From an uncultured Candidatus Saccharibacteria bacterium (GTDB lineage: Bacteria; Patescibacteriota; WWE3; UBA101185; UBA10185), in the NCBI GenBank assembly GCA_964385105.1, contig CAYLMU010000001.1:369936-433935 (forward strand): DNA of 64,000 nt, written 5' to 3'. The notes below the pieces were generated by a model. It was given only the letters and a program-made list of their open reading frames with translations, was not told where the DNA came from and made no database searches. This document shows, in pieces, positions 40,369 through 49,835 of this stretch; position 1 is the stretch's first letter, and each line of letters begins with the position of its first letter. Made by a program: the position numbers and the translations under genes.

Positions 40369-41058
40369 TTCTTCAACAGTTACATTGCCTGCTTCGTCGG
40401 TTGCCTCAATTTTTATTTCGTTTATGCCCTCTTTTATTCCCAGTAATATTTCAAATGTGAAATCAGGCCTTAATACTGCAAGACGCTCATTTACTCTAAC
40501 AGTAGCTTTTTCGTTTAATTTACCTTGTATATTTACTCTTTCATTCAGATTTCTAATAACTTCTTCGTCTTTTGGGGAAGTAATTTCTATTTCGGGGCTT
40601 TTAGTGTCCATTTCTATATTTATACTTTGTGAAGAGTCACTTTCTAGCCCTTGTTGATTCGTTGCTTTTGCATGGATAGTGTTTCTTCCCTCAATAAGTG
40701 TCACATTCTCAAACGAAAAAATTCCGTCATTTGTGGTTATTGTTTCATGAGTTTGAGGACCGTTTACAAAAAGTCTCACAACTGTACCCGGCTCGGAAAA
40801 TCCATTTAATGAAATTGTGTTTGAATTTGTGGCCTTAGGTGCATTACGAAATATAGGAGGAGTTGGTTTTACCATTGTGTCACCATTTTGACCTCTGTTT
40901 ACCGATACCAAACCAAACAATACTCCGATTTTTGGCCCGAATAAAATAAATGCTATTAGTACTGCAAGTGGAATAATAATCATTGCAATGAGATTTCTTT
41001 TTAGTTTTTGTTGCAGGTGTATTTCATGATGTTTTGGGTTGTATCTTTTTTGTGCCAT
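40333..41058 (-). CDS. Membrane-anchored protein with two Ig-like (cadherin-like beta-sandwich) domains
   Basis: TM, then two repeats of L.EG.N.I...ATD..GN. Confidence 0.75.
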   Translation of the reverse strand: MAQKRYNPKHHEIHLQQKLKRNLIAMIIIPLAVLIAFILFGPKIGVLFGLVSVNRGQNGDTMVKPTPPIFRNAPKATNSNTISLNGFSEPGTVVRLFVNGPQTHETITTNDGIFSFENVTLIEGRNTIHAKATNQQGLESDSSQSINIEMDTKSPEIEITSPKDEEVIRNLNERVNIQGKLNEKATVRVNERLAVLRPDFTFEILLGIKEGINEIKIEATDEAGNVTVEELSVQYIRQSGQ

Positions 41059-41115
41059 ATCAATGTATATTATACGATTTTTTCCGAATTTGTGCTTAGT
41101 TAATTGGTTGTATAT

Positions 41116-41883
41116 TTAAAGTAATCTATCATTAACAAAATTATAACTCCAATCTTTGTTCTCGGTTTCATTTAGTATAAAGCACATATCAATTCCAAAG
41201 TCATTTTCTATGTAAACCCACACACTTTTTATATCAGGTAATTTTAGTGCCTCGACAAAAAGTTTAGCAAAATCCTCATACTTTTCATTAATTTGGACAT
41301 CAATTTGAATAAGTGGCGTGGAAGATTTATCAAAAGAAACTATTTCTATTTTTGGTTTCCTATTTATTGAGTAATTTATTTTTACTTCTGAATTTATCTC
41401 TTTTTTAGTAGCTGGTAAAATAAAATCCCAGTTTGCATCATCCAGGTGTTTTGGAAATGTATGATAAAGGCAGCGATTTTTCAATATTTCTCTTAATTCA
41501 AGAATTTTAGGGTGAATCCCATTAAAAAAGGGTAAGTTAAAACCTGTATGGTCTATTGTAATAAGTTTAAAAAATGACATTCGGCGAGTAAATTCTGTTA
41601 TTGATATATATGAATATTGATGCGGACTAAATTTTAATTCGTTTGTAATATTTGATAAAGCAACCTTTATAAATGTATCATCACTAAAAACGAAACAAAC
41701 GTGGGGAGCTTCAATATCTGAAAACGAAATAGTGGTATTTGGAATAAAATCTTCATTTGTTTTGTTTAATACAATTGAATTTCTCTGAACTTTTCCCATT
41801 GTTTTTAAATAGTTAAGAAAGCTAGAAGTGAAGTTTATATCGGTGTTTGGTAATTTATAATGTACTTGCTCCAGGTAAACCAC
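41116..41883 (-). CDS. Hypothetical protein, possible VOC/glyoxalase-like fold
   Basis: 255-aa ORF; IDHTGFN...KIE motifs only weakly suggest VOC; extended -10 TGCTAAAAT just upstream. Confidence 0.55.
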   Translation of the reverse strand: MVYLEQVHYKLPNTDINFTSSFLNYLKTMGKVQRNSIVLNKTNEDFIPNTTISFSDIEAPHVCFVFSDDTFIKVALSNITNELKFSPHQYSYISITEFTRRMSFFKLITIDHTGFNLPFFNGIHPKILELREILKNRCLYHTFPKHLDDANWDFILPATKKEINSEVKINYSINRKPKIEIVSFDKSSTPLIQIDVQINEKYEDFAKLFVEALKLPDIKSVWVYIENDFGIDMCFILNETENKDWSYNFVNDRLL

Positions 41884-41939
41884 ATGAATATTTTAGCACT
41901 TCGTATTGTAAAAACTTTAAATGGGGTTTCTGCTAGTTT

Positions 41940-42015
41940 TGGAGCCGGTGGTCAGAATTGAACTGACGACCTACCCCTTACGAAGGGGTTGCTCTGCCAA
42001 CTGAGCTACACCGGC
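41940..42015 (-). tRNA. tRNA-Thr(CGT)
   Basis: Cloverleaf GCCGGTG...ACCCC-TTCGTAA-GGGGT...GTTCAATTC...CACCGGCTCCA. Confidence 0.95.
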
Positions 42016-42023
42016 TGAGTTAT

Positions 42024-42098
42024 TGGAGCGGGTGAAGGGAATCGAACCCTCAACCTTCTCCTTGGGAAGGAGACACTCTGCCATTGAGCCACACCCGC
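42024..42098 (-). tRNA. tRNA-Gly(CCC)
   Basis: GCGGGTG...TCTCC-TTCCCAA-GGAGA...GGTTCGATTCC...CACCCGCTCCA. Confidence 0.95.
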
Positions 42099-42175
42099 AA
42101 ACATACAAATTATATCACCACAAGTCTAACCACTTGCTCAATTAAAAATATTTAGTTTATTGTTATGAACCAACA

Positions 42176-42826
42176 TTATACTGGTATTACCAGCGATTGT
42201 CCTGTAATAATAAGTGCTTGTTGCCCATTTGCCAAAAATCCTACCGAATCACTATTTGCCTCTAAAATTCTTGTCCATTGTGCACCATCTCCGTATGCGC
42301 CTTCTGCAAGTTCCCACAATGTGTCACCGTATTGAACAGTGTAATTTCCTGTATCTATATCACCTTCGTCATAATCATTTGCTACCCAAACTTGCCCTGT
42401 CGCAAAATTGTTAGTGCCGCTTGTTGTGGATGTATTGTTTGTATTGCCGTTTGTACTGCCGTTTGTTGAGTCTGTGTCACCTGCTACATTACTTTCATCA
42501 TCTGATTCTTCCCTTCTTGTAGTACTGTCTGAACTAATGTCATCACTTTCGTCTCTATCCGTACCGCCAATATTAATAATATTTGAGAACCTGTCTGTTA
42601 AATTAACATCAGCGTTGTTGAAATATTGATAACCGAAAAATCCTAAAGCTGCCACGAAAATAATTGATAAAATAAGTGCAATTGTGTCTCTGCTGTCTTT
42701 TGGTTCACCTGTAGTGTTTTTTACTCCATTCATAGACCTGCGACTGTTTTCATTGTTAACATCTATTTCGGCAGGTTCGTTGTTAGAAGAGTCCCGACTT
42801 TCGTCTTTAATATATTTTTTTGCCAT
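42176..42826 (-). CDS. Membrane-anchored LysM domain protein with Ser/Thr/Asn/Asp-rich linker
   Basis: Start at ATG 42826 (MAKKYIK); TM; YTVQYGDTLWELAEGAYGDG..W..I.EAN. Confidence 0.85.
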   Translation of the reverse strand: MAKKYIKDESRDSSNNEPAEIDVNNENSRRSMNGVKNTTGEPKDSRDTIALILSIIFVAALGFFGYQYFNNADVNLTDRFSNIINIGGTDRDESDDISSDSTTRREESDDESNVAGDTDSTNGSTNGNTNNTSTTSGTNNFATGQVWVANDYDEGDIDTGNYTVQYGDTLWELAEGAYGDGAQWTRILEANSDSVGFLANGQQALIITGQSLVIPV

Positions 42827-42907
42827 TTTAAATTTCTTTAATTTAATACTTAATTTGTTTTGGCAGTAAGGGGTAGTGTTATTGCGTAGTAAAGCAGGTA
42901 ACCTCTC

Positions 42908-42984
42908 TGGCGGGACCAACGGGGCTCGAACCCGCGACCTCTGCCGTGACAGGGCAGCGCTCTAACCAACTGAGCTATGGCCCC
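42908..42984 (-). tRNA. tRNA-Asp(GTC)
   Basis: GGGGCCA...CTGCC-CTGTCAC-GGCAG...GGTTCGAGCCC...TGGTCCCGCCA. Confidence 0.95.
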
Positions 42985-43069
42985 CCGCTTTTTCATTTAC
43001 TAAAGGTGTTCGAATATTAACAAATTGTGTATTTAGCGTCAATAAAATGATAAATGTTATTATGGCAAT

Positions 43070-44821
43070 ATGAATAATTTTAGTTTTTCAAATAGTGAAG
43101 TAGTTAAACATCTCAAAGAAGTTTCTGCAGCTATGGAAGTAAAAGAAGTAAATAGATTTAGAATCAGAGCTTATGATAATGCAATAGATTCAATATCAAG
43201 TGCAACTTTTAGTATTGAAGATTTATGGAAAAACGGACGGTTACACGAAATACCCGGAATTGGTGCAAGTATTGCCCAGCATCTCGATGAGTTATTCAAA
43301 ACAGGAAAAGTAAAGGACTTTGAAACTTTAAAAGCAGATTTACCTCAAGGAATGTTTGAGTTAATAGGTATTCGGGGAATTGCTGCTAAAAGGGCATATA
43401 AACTAGCGCATGCTTTTAAAATCTCTAAAAGAGATAATGCAGTTCAAAAGCTCAGGGAGGCTGCAGAAAGCGGTCAAATACGTGAACTCGAAGGATTTGG
43501 CGAAAAATCAGAAAAAGAGATTCTAAACGCGATTATGGAGCTTAAAAAGCATAAAAATGAAGTTCAACGGATGCTTTTAACTGACGCCGAAGAAATAGCT
43601 TCCAGAATTTTAGAATATCTGTTAAGTAATGATGATGTAAAAAAAGCAGATGCACTCGGTTCCCTAAGACGAAGAGAAGCAACTGTAGGGGATATAGATT
43701 TGGCTGTAGCTACAGTAAAAAGTGACGAAATTATAGATTATTTCTGTGATTATAGTGAGATAAAAGAAGTTGTTTCTAAAGGTAATAAAAAGGTAAGTGC
43801 TGTTTTAAAAACAGGTGTTCCGGTTGATTTACGAGTAATAGAACCTTCTGCGTATGGCTCAATGTTGCAGTATTTTACCGGATCCAAACAACATAATGTA
43901 ATTTTACGAACTTTTGCACTTGAAAAAGGACTATCTTTGTCAGAATACGGCATTAAGCAAAACGGTGACTTATTAACTTATGAAAATGAGCAAGGGTTTT
44001 ATGAAAAAATTGGGCTTAAGTACATTGAACCTGAATTGAGACAAGGAAGAAACGAAGTAGAACTCGCTGCAGAAGGTAAGTTACCTAATTTAGTGGTGTT
44101 AAATGATATAAAAGGGGATTTACACATGCACACCACTTTTTCTGACGGTATAAATACATTGGCAGAAATGGTTAACTCATGTATTGAACTTGGGTATGAG
44201 TATATTGGAGTTGCTGATCATGCACCCAGCACCGTTTCAAGAGGGGAAAATGAAGTAATGAGTATAATAAATACTCGCAAGAGAGATATTGAACAAATAA
44301 ATAGTTCAAAATATGAAATAAATGTGCTATTTGGTTATGAAGTGAATATTTTGTCGGATGCTACACTTGGTATGCCTGATGAATTTTTGATGATGTTAGA
44401 TTATGCCATTGCATCTATTCACACGGCGTTTGATCAACCTCAAGCACAAGTGACAGACAGAATGCTTGCAGCTATAGAAAACCCATATATCACAATAATA
44501 GGACACCCATCTGGAAGATTGATAAATGAACGTTCAGGAGTAGCATTAAATTGGGATGAAGTTTTTAATGCAGCCTTAAAACACAATAAAATTTTAGAAA
44601 TTAACTCTCAGCCCAACAGACTCGACTTAGCAGACGATCTTGTTTATGAAGCAATTAAACGTGGAGTTAAATTAATAATTAACACTGACGCTCATTCTAT
44701 ACAAAATTTGCAATTCATGAAAAATGGTATAGATGTTGCAAGACGTGGTTGGTGCACAAAACAAAATATTGTTAATACTTTACCAAAAGACGAATTTTTG
44801 AGATTATTAAGTCGTAAATAG
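43070..44821 (+). CDS. polX: DNA polymerase X with PHP domain
   Basis: HhH motifs, GSLRR...GDID, VDLR, YFTGSK.HN, PELR; PHP motifs H.HT..SDG and NTDAH. Confidence 0.93.
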   Translation: MNNFSFSNSEVVKHLKEVSAAMEVKEVNRFRIRAYDNAIDSISSATFSIEDLWKNGRLHEIPGIGASIAQHLDELFKTGKVKDFETLKADLPQGMFELIGIRGIAAKRAYKLAHAFKISKRDNAVQKLREAAESGQIRELEGFGEKSEKEILNAIMELKKHKNEVQRMLLTDAEEIASRILEYLLSNDDVKKADALGSLRRREATVGDIDLAVATVKSDEIIDYFCDYSEIKEVVSKGNKKVSAVLKTGVPVDLRVIEPSAYGSMLQYFTGSKQHNVILRTFALEKGLSLSEYGIKQNGDLLTYENEQGFYEKIGLKYIEPELRQGRNEVELAAEGKLPNLVVLNDIKGDLHMHTTFSDGINTLAEMVNSCIELGYEYIGVADHAPSTVSRGENEVMSIINTRKRDIEQINSSKYEINVLFGYEVNILSDATLGMPDEFLMMLDYAIASIHTAFDQPQAQVTDRMLAAIENPYITIIGHPSGRLINERSGVALNWDEVFNAALKHNKILEINSQPNRLDLADDLVYEAIKRGVKLIINTDAHSIQNLQFMKNGIDVARRGWCTKQNIVNTLPKDEFLRLLSRK

Positions 44822-44854
44822 TATTTATTTAAGTTTTAATTATGAGGAGGAAAT

Positions 44855-45415
44855 ATGGTTTTTGGTTTACCGATATTAATATTACTGGGAGTTGTTGTAC
44901 TGGCTGTTTTTTATGTTATTTCAGTTTATAACTCGTTACATAAATTAAAAGTGCGTATTCAAGAAGCATGGAGTCAAATTGATGTTCAACTAAAAAGAAG
45001 AGTTGATTTAATACCGAATCTTGTTGAGACAGTAAAAGGCTATGCAGCTCATGAAAAAGAAGTATTTGAAAATGTTACAAAAGCAAGATCTGCTTTGATG
45101 AATGCCGGAAATGCAACAGAGGCAGCCGCAGCAGATAACATGCTTACCGGAGCTTTAAAAAGTCTTTTTGCAGTAGCAGAAGCTTATCCTGAATTAAAAG
45201 CCCAGGAAGGGTTTGTTAATCTGCAAAACCAGCTTACAGACACTGAAGACAAAATCTCATATGCAAGACAATTTTATAACACTGTGGTCAGAGATTTTAA
45301 CCAGATGCTAGTTATGTTTCCAAGTAATGTAATTGCGTCAATGTTTGGGTTTAAACAGGAAGACTTTTTTAAAGCGGGTGAAGATGAGCGCGAGCCGGTA
45401 AAAGTGGATTTTTAA
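44855..45415 (+). CDS. lemA: LemA family protein
   Basis: [36 protein letters not shown]; SD GAGGAGG. Confidence 0.95.
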   Translation: MVFGLPILILLGVVVLAVFYVISVYNSLHKLKVRIQEAWSQIDVQLKRRVDLIPNLVETVKGYAAHEKEVFENVTKARSALMNAGNATEAAAADNMLTGALKSLFAVAEAYPELKAQEGFVNLQNQLTDTEDKISYARQFYNTVVRDFNQMLVMFPSNVIASMFGFKQEDFFKAGEDEREPVKVDF

Positions 45416-45424
45416 ACTTTAATT

Positions 45425-46318
45425 ATGGCAAGTATATATACCCATATAGCGGACAACAAACGTGACACTTGGTTGATTATGTTTTTGTTTATTGCGATTA
45501 TTTCGGCAATAGGATGGGTTTTTGGTGAAATTTATGCCGGCGACGGTTTGTTTATACTGGGTTTTGCTTTGATATTCTCGGGAATAGCAAGTTTTTTTAG
45601 CTATTACAATTCAGACAAAATAGTTTTGGCGCTTTCTAACGCAAAAAAAGTTACAGAAGCTGAAGCTCCTCAATTGCATGCTTTGGTTGAAAACATGTCT
45701 ATTGCCTCCGGTTTGCCTAAACCCAAAATTTATGTAATTGAGGATTCCGCTATGAATGCTTTTGCCACAGGAAGAGACCCCGAACATGGAGTTATTTGCT
45801 TTACAACCGGAATAATTCAAAACCTTGAAAAGCGCGAACTTGAAGGGGTAATTGCTCATGAAATGTCGCATATAGGAAATTATGATATTAGGCTTATGTC
45901 TATTGTATCTGTACTTGTTGGTTCTATAGCACTTTTGGCAGATTGGTTTACTCACGGCATGTTTTATGGCTCAAGGCGACGTGACTCAAATAGGGGAGGC
46001 GGAATTTTAATGATTGTTGGCCTAGTGCTTATTATTTTAAGCCCGATTATTGCAACATTAATTAAAATGGCAGTTAGTAGAAAACGGGAATACTTGGCTG
46101 ATTCAACGGCTGCAATGATTACAAGATACCCACAGGGGCTGGCAAATGCCTTGCGTAAACTTTCTGAAGATAGGGAAGTGCTTGAGGCCGCAAATGGTGC
46201 CACTGCACACTTATATATATCAAATCCGTTAAAAGGTGGGGGAAGAAGTACGTTGGCAAGTTTATTTAGTACACATCCTCCAATTGAAGAGCGCATTAGA
46301 AGGCTTGAAAGCATGTAG
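45425..46318 (+). CDS. htpX: M48 zinc metalloprotease HtpX
   Basis: NAFATG, HEMSH, SR.REY.AD, STHPP...RI; lemA-htpX pair. Confidence 0.93.
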   Translation: MASIYTHIADNKRDTWLIMFLFIAIISAIGWVFGEIYAGDGLFILGFALIFSGIASFFSYYNSDKIVLALSNAKKVTEAEAPQLHALVENMSIASGLPKPKIYVIEDSAMNAFATGRDPEHGVICFTTGIIQNLEKRELEGVIAHEMSHIGNYDIRLMSIVSVLVGSIALLADWFTHGMFYGSRRRDSNRGGGILMIVGLVLIILSPIIATLIKMAVSRKREYLADSTAAMITRYPQGLANALRKLSEDREVLEAANGATAHLYISNPLKGGGRSTLASLFSTHPPIEERIRRLESM

Positions 46319-46338
46319 TTTTTTGATATTCTTACATT

Positions 46339-46644
46339 GTGGCTGAGAACGTAATCACAAAAGAACAAGTTAAAAAAATTGCACAATTGTCAAAACTGGA
46401 GTTAAGTGAGTCTGAAATAGTGAATTTTGCCGAACTATTCACTCAAACACTTAAATATATAAATGTGCTTGATGAATTAAATACTCAGGATTATGAACCT
46501 ACATTTCAGGTAACAGGTTTGATTAACGTATTTATGCAAGAGAATCAAAATAAAGCCACGCTTTCACAAAGTGAAGCATTATCAAATGCTACAAAAGTGA
46601 TAAATAACTTATTTGCTACAGGCGCCGTGTTTGATAGAGTATAA
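46339..46644 (+). CDS. gatC: Asp/Glu-tRNA amidotransferase subunit C
   Basis: V.KIA.L.KL.L, ALSNA; size and position upstream of gatA. Confidence 0.85.
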   Translation: MAENVITKEQVKKIAQLSKLELSESEIVNFAELFTQTLKYINVLDELNTQDYEPTFQVTGLINVFMQENQNKATLSQSEALSNATKVINNLFATGAVFDRV

Positions 46645-46645
46645 A

Positions 46646-48100
46646 ATGGAGCTCAATAAATTAACTTTAAAACAAGCTATAGATGGTTTAAAAAATGAAG
46701 AGTTTACATCAGTTGAATTATCAAGAGCTTGTTTAAATCAAATTAAAAAGTTTGATAAAAAGATTAATTCGTTTATAACTGTAATCCCCGAAGACGTGGT
46801 TTTAGCTGAAGCTCAAAAGTCAGATGAAGAAATCAGCAAATTGGGTGAAAATGCCTGGAATGAAAAACCGCTGCTTGGAATACCTTATGCTGCAAAAGAT
46901 AACTTTAGTACAAAAGGAATAAGAACAACCGCAAGTTCAAAAGTTTTAGACAATTATATTCCCCCTTTTGATTCAACGGTTACGTTAAGATTAAAAAATG
47001 CCGGTGCTATTTTGCTTGGCAAAACAAATATGGATGCATTTGCTCACGGATCATCTACTGAAACCTCAGATTATTTTGTAACAAAAAACCCATGGGATAT
47101 AAGTCGAATACCCGGCGGTTCTTCTGGAGGGTCGGCAGCTGCTGTTGCAGCAAATATGTGCATTTTTGCAATTGGTAGTGAAACTGCCGGTAGTATACGC
47201 GGCCCTGCATCTTGGAGCGGAATTACAGGTTTTAAGCCAACTTATGGAAGAGTAAGCAGGTACGGAGTTGTTGCTATGGCATCTTCAACCGATTCCCCTG
47301 GCCCCATGACAAAAACAATAGAAGACAGTGCAATTATTTTAAAAGTTATCGCAGGAAAAGATTCGTTTGATGCAACTACTTCGAGTATTCAAGTTGAGGA
47401 TTATGTAAAGAATCTACAAAATATTGTTGATTTTAAAATGAGTGATGTAAAAATTGGTGTACCAAAATCTTATTTTGAAATTGATATGCAACCCGGTGTG
47501 AAAGAGTTGGTATTGCAGACTACGGAAAAATTTAAAGAATTTGGTGCAAAAATTATTGAAATAGAATTGCTTGATCCAAAATATTCTATTGCCGTGTACA
47601 CAATTTTACAGCGGTCTGAAGTGTCGTCGAATTTGGCAAGATACGATGGTATTCGATACGGCAATGACAGAACCGCATTTGGGTTTGAAGCTAAAAAAAG
47701 AATGATGCTTGGTGCATATGCATTAAGCGCCGGATATTATGATGAGTACTATGCAAAAGCTCAAAAAGTAAGAACAATGATTATTGAAGATTTTAATAAG
47801 GCATTTGAGCAAGTTGACATGATAATTGGGCCTACAATGCCAAATGTTGCAATGAAATTAGGCGAATCGGATGAAAATCCTTTGTTTGGTGAGTTTATAG
47901 ACATGTTGCAGGAACCAAGCTCTATCGCAGGTTTAACAGCTGTAAGCTTGCCGGCCGGATTGAGCGAGGGTTTACCTGTGGGAGTGCAGCTTATCGGTCA
48001 ACAGTTTAGTGAAAATAAATTATTTTGTGCCGGACATGTGTTTCAACAAAATACTGATTTTCACACAAAATTTCCCAGTTTAGAAAATTTGGAGGAATAA
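46646..48100 (+). CDS. gatA: Asp/Glu-tRNA amidotransferase subunit A (start at ATG 46646)
   Basis: KDN, GKTNMD.FA.GSSTE, PGGSSGGSAAAVAA, GSETAGSIR, SSNLARYDG. Confidence 0.95.
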   Translation: MELNKLTLKQAIDGLKNEEFTSVELSRACLNQIKKFDKKINSFITVIPEDVVLAEAQKSDEEISKLGENAWNEKPLLGIPYAAKDNFSTKGIRTTASSKVLDNYIPPFDSTVTLRLKNAGAILLGKTNMDAFAHGSSTETSDYFVTKNPWDISRIPGGSSGGSAAAVAANMCIFAIGSETAGSIRGPASWSGITGFKPTYGRVSRYGVVAMASSTDSPGPMTKTIEDSAIILKVIAGKDSFDATTSSIQVEDYVKNLQNIVDFKMSDVKIGVPKSYFEIDMQPGVKELVLQTTEKFKEFGAKIIEIELLDPKYSIAVYTILQRSEVSSNLARYDGIRYGNDRTAFGFEAKKRMMLGAYALSAGYYDEYYAKAQKVRTMIIEDFNKAFEQVDMIIGPTMPNVAMKLGESDENPLFGEFIDMLQEPSSIAGLTAVSLPAGLSEGLPVGVQLIGQQFSENKLFCAGHVFQQNTDFHTKFPSLENLEE

Positions 48101-48490
48101 ATGGGTTTTTTTAGTAAATTATTTAAAATAAGCAATATCGGTCGGATGACTGTATCGACTCAAACAAAAAGCAGAATACAATCCGACTGGAACCAAATTA
48201 AAATTTTGATTGACGGAGGTTCGCCAAGTCAAATGCGTCAAGCGCTAATAACCGCAGACAAAGCTTTAGACAATGCATTAAGAGATGTTGTTGCAGGAGA
48301 AACAATGGGTGAAAGGTTAAAGTCCGCGTCTAACAAATTTGACAAGGTAACGTACGATAAAATTTGGAGGGCGCATAAAATGAGAAACGCTTTGGTACAT
48401 GAATCAGGGTATGAACCAAGCTACGGAATGCTTAAAAATGCTATTGAAGACTTAAGAAAGGGCTTAAACAAGTTAGGTGTAAATGTTTAA
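48101..48490 (+). CDS. Hypothetical helical protein with RNxxxH (HEPN-like) motif
   Basis: SD GGAGGA; ADKALD..L..GETMGERLK..WRAHKMRNALVHE; overlaps the gatB start. Confidence 0.75.
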   Translation: MGFFSKLFKISNIGRMTVSTQTKSRIQSDWNQIKILIDGGSPSQMRQALITADKALDNALRDVVAGETMGERLKSASNKFDKVTYDKIWRAHKMRNALVHESGYEPSYGMLKNAIEDLRKGLNKLGVNV

Positions 48491-49784
48491 ACTTGTACTT
48501 GGCTTAGAAATACACATACACGTTAAAACATCGCTAAAGATGTTTTGCGGTTGCGATGCTAATATTTATAACGCCGAGCCAAATACACATACATGCCCGG
48601 TTTGCTTGGGTTTACCCGGAGCATTGCCGGTTCCTAATGCTGAAGCTGTTGAAAAAACTCAATTGCTTGGAATGGCTCTAAACAGCAAATTAAATGAAAA
48701 CTCAAGATTTGACCGAAAACACTATTTTTACCCAGATTTGCCTAAAGGTTACCAAATAAGTCAATACAAACAGCCATTATGTGAAGGAGGGTATTTAGAG
48801 TTAGAAAGCGGCAAAAAGATTGAAATCGAACGAATTCACCTTGAAGAAGATACGGCAAAATCATTTCACGAGGGAAATTTTACTTTAATAGATTTTAATA
48901 TGTCGGGAATGCCCTTGGTAGAGCTGGTTACAAAACCGGTTTTTGAATCGGCTGCTGATGCAGGAGAATTTGGTAGGAAATTAAGAGATTTAGTTAGGCT
49001 CATTGGAATAAGTGATGCAGACCTGGAAAAGGGTCAAATGAGAATTGAGCCCAACATCTCGGTGAGAACAGTTGAAATGGCTGAAAAACAGGAATTGCCC
49101 GATTACAAGGTTGAAGTAAAAAACATAAATTCATTCAAATTTATGGAAAGAGCGGTTGAATATGAATTTGAGCGACAAAAGAATTTATTGGAAAAAGGTG
49201 AAAAAGTATTGCAGGAAAATAGAGGATGGAATGAAAACTCAAATCAAACCGTTTCACAGCGAGAAAAAGAAGAAGCACATGATTATAGATATTTTCCTGA
49301 GCCTGATGTACCACCAATGTTTTTTGATGAAGATTATATTAAAGAGCTAAGTGCAAAATTACCTGAATTGCCACATCAGCTAAAAACAAGACTAAAAACT
49401 CAGTATGGCTTAAATGAAAATAATGCGAAATTGTTGTCAGAAAACCCCGGGATTAGTTTATTGAACAATTTTGAAGAAGTTGCTCAAAACACAAATATAG
49501 AGCCGAATAAGGTTGCAAACTTGCTATTAAACAAACCTGAATTCAGAAACATAGAGGTTGAAAAATTTGAACAGCTTGTTAAGGAATCTGAAGAAAAAGT
49601 TGAAGATGATTCTGTTTTAGAAAATGCTGTAGCTGAAGTTTTGAGCGAAAACACAAGTGCAGTTGAAGACTTTAAAAACGGAAAAGAAAGCGCACTACAA
49701 TATTTACTTGGACAGGTAATGAGAAAAACAAAAGGTAAGGCAGATCCGCAAAAGAGTCTTGAAATTATTAAAAAATCACTTTAA
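48483..49784 (+). CDS. gatB: Asp/Glu-tRNA amidotransferase subunit B
   Basis: GLEIH, CPVCLGLPGALP, FDRKHYFYPDLPKGYQISQ, HLEED, DYRYFPEPD. Confidence 0.96.
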   Translation: MFKLVLGLEIHIHVKTSLKMFCGCDANIYNAEPNTHTCPVCLGLPGALPVPNAEAVEKTQLLGMALNSKLNENSRFDRKHYFYPDLPKGYQISQYKQPLCEGGYLELESGKKIEIERIHLEEDTAKSFHEGNFTLIDFNMSGMPLVELVTKPVFESAADAGEFGRKLRDLVRLIGISDADLEKGQMRIEPNISVRTVEMAEKQELPDYKVEVKNINSFKFMERAVEYEFERQKNLLEKGEKVLQENRGWNENSNQTVSQREKEEAHDYRYFPEPDVPPMFFDEDYIKELSAKLPELPHQLKTRLKTQYGLNENNAKLLSENPGISLLNNFEEVAQNTNIEPNKVANLLLNKPEFRNIEVEKFEQLVKESEEKVEDDSVLENAVAEVLSENTSAVEDFKNGKESALQYLLGQVMRKTKGKADPQKSLEIIKKSL

Positions 49785-49835
49785 CTCAATGTGCATTTCT
49801 GTAAAAAAGTGTGTATAAAGTTATAATCTATGAGC

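Noticed and set aside
41893-41900. TTAGCACT as a CIRCE element
   Set aside because: No right arm; better explained as the minus-strand extended -10 (TGCTAAAAT) of the 41883 gene.
42827-42919. N-terminal extension of the LysM ORF given in the track
   Set aside because: It overlaps tRNA-Asp; ATG 42826 is the plausible start.
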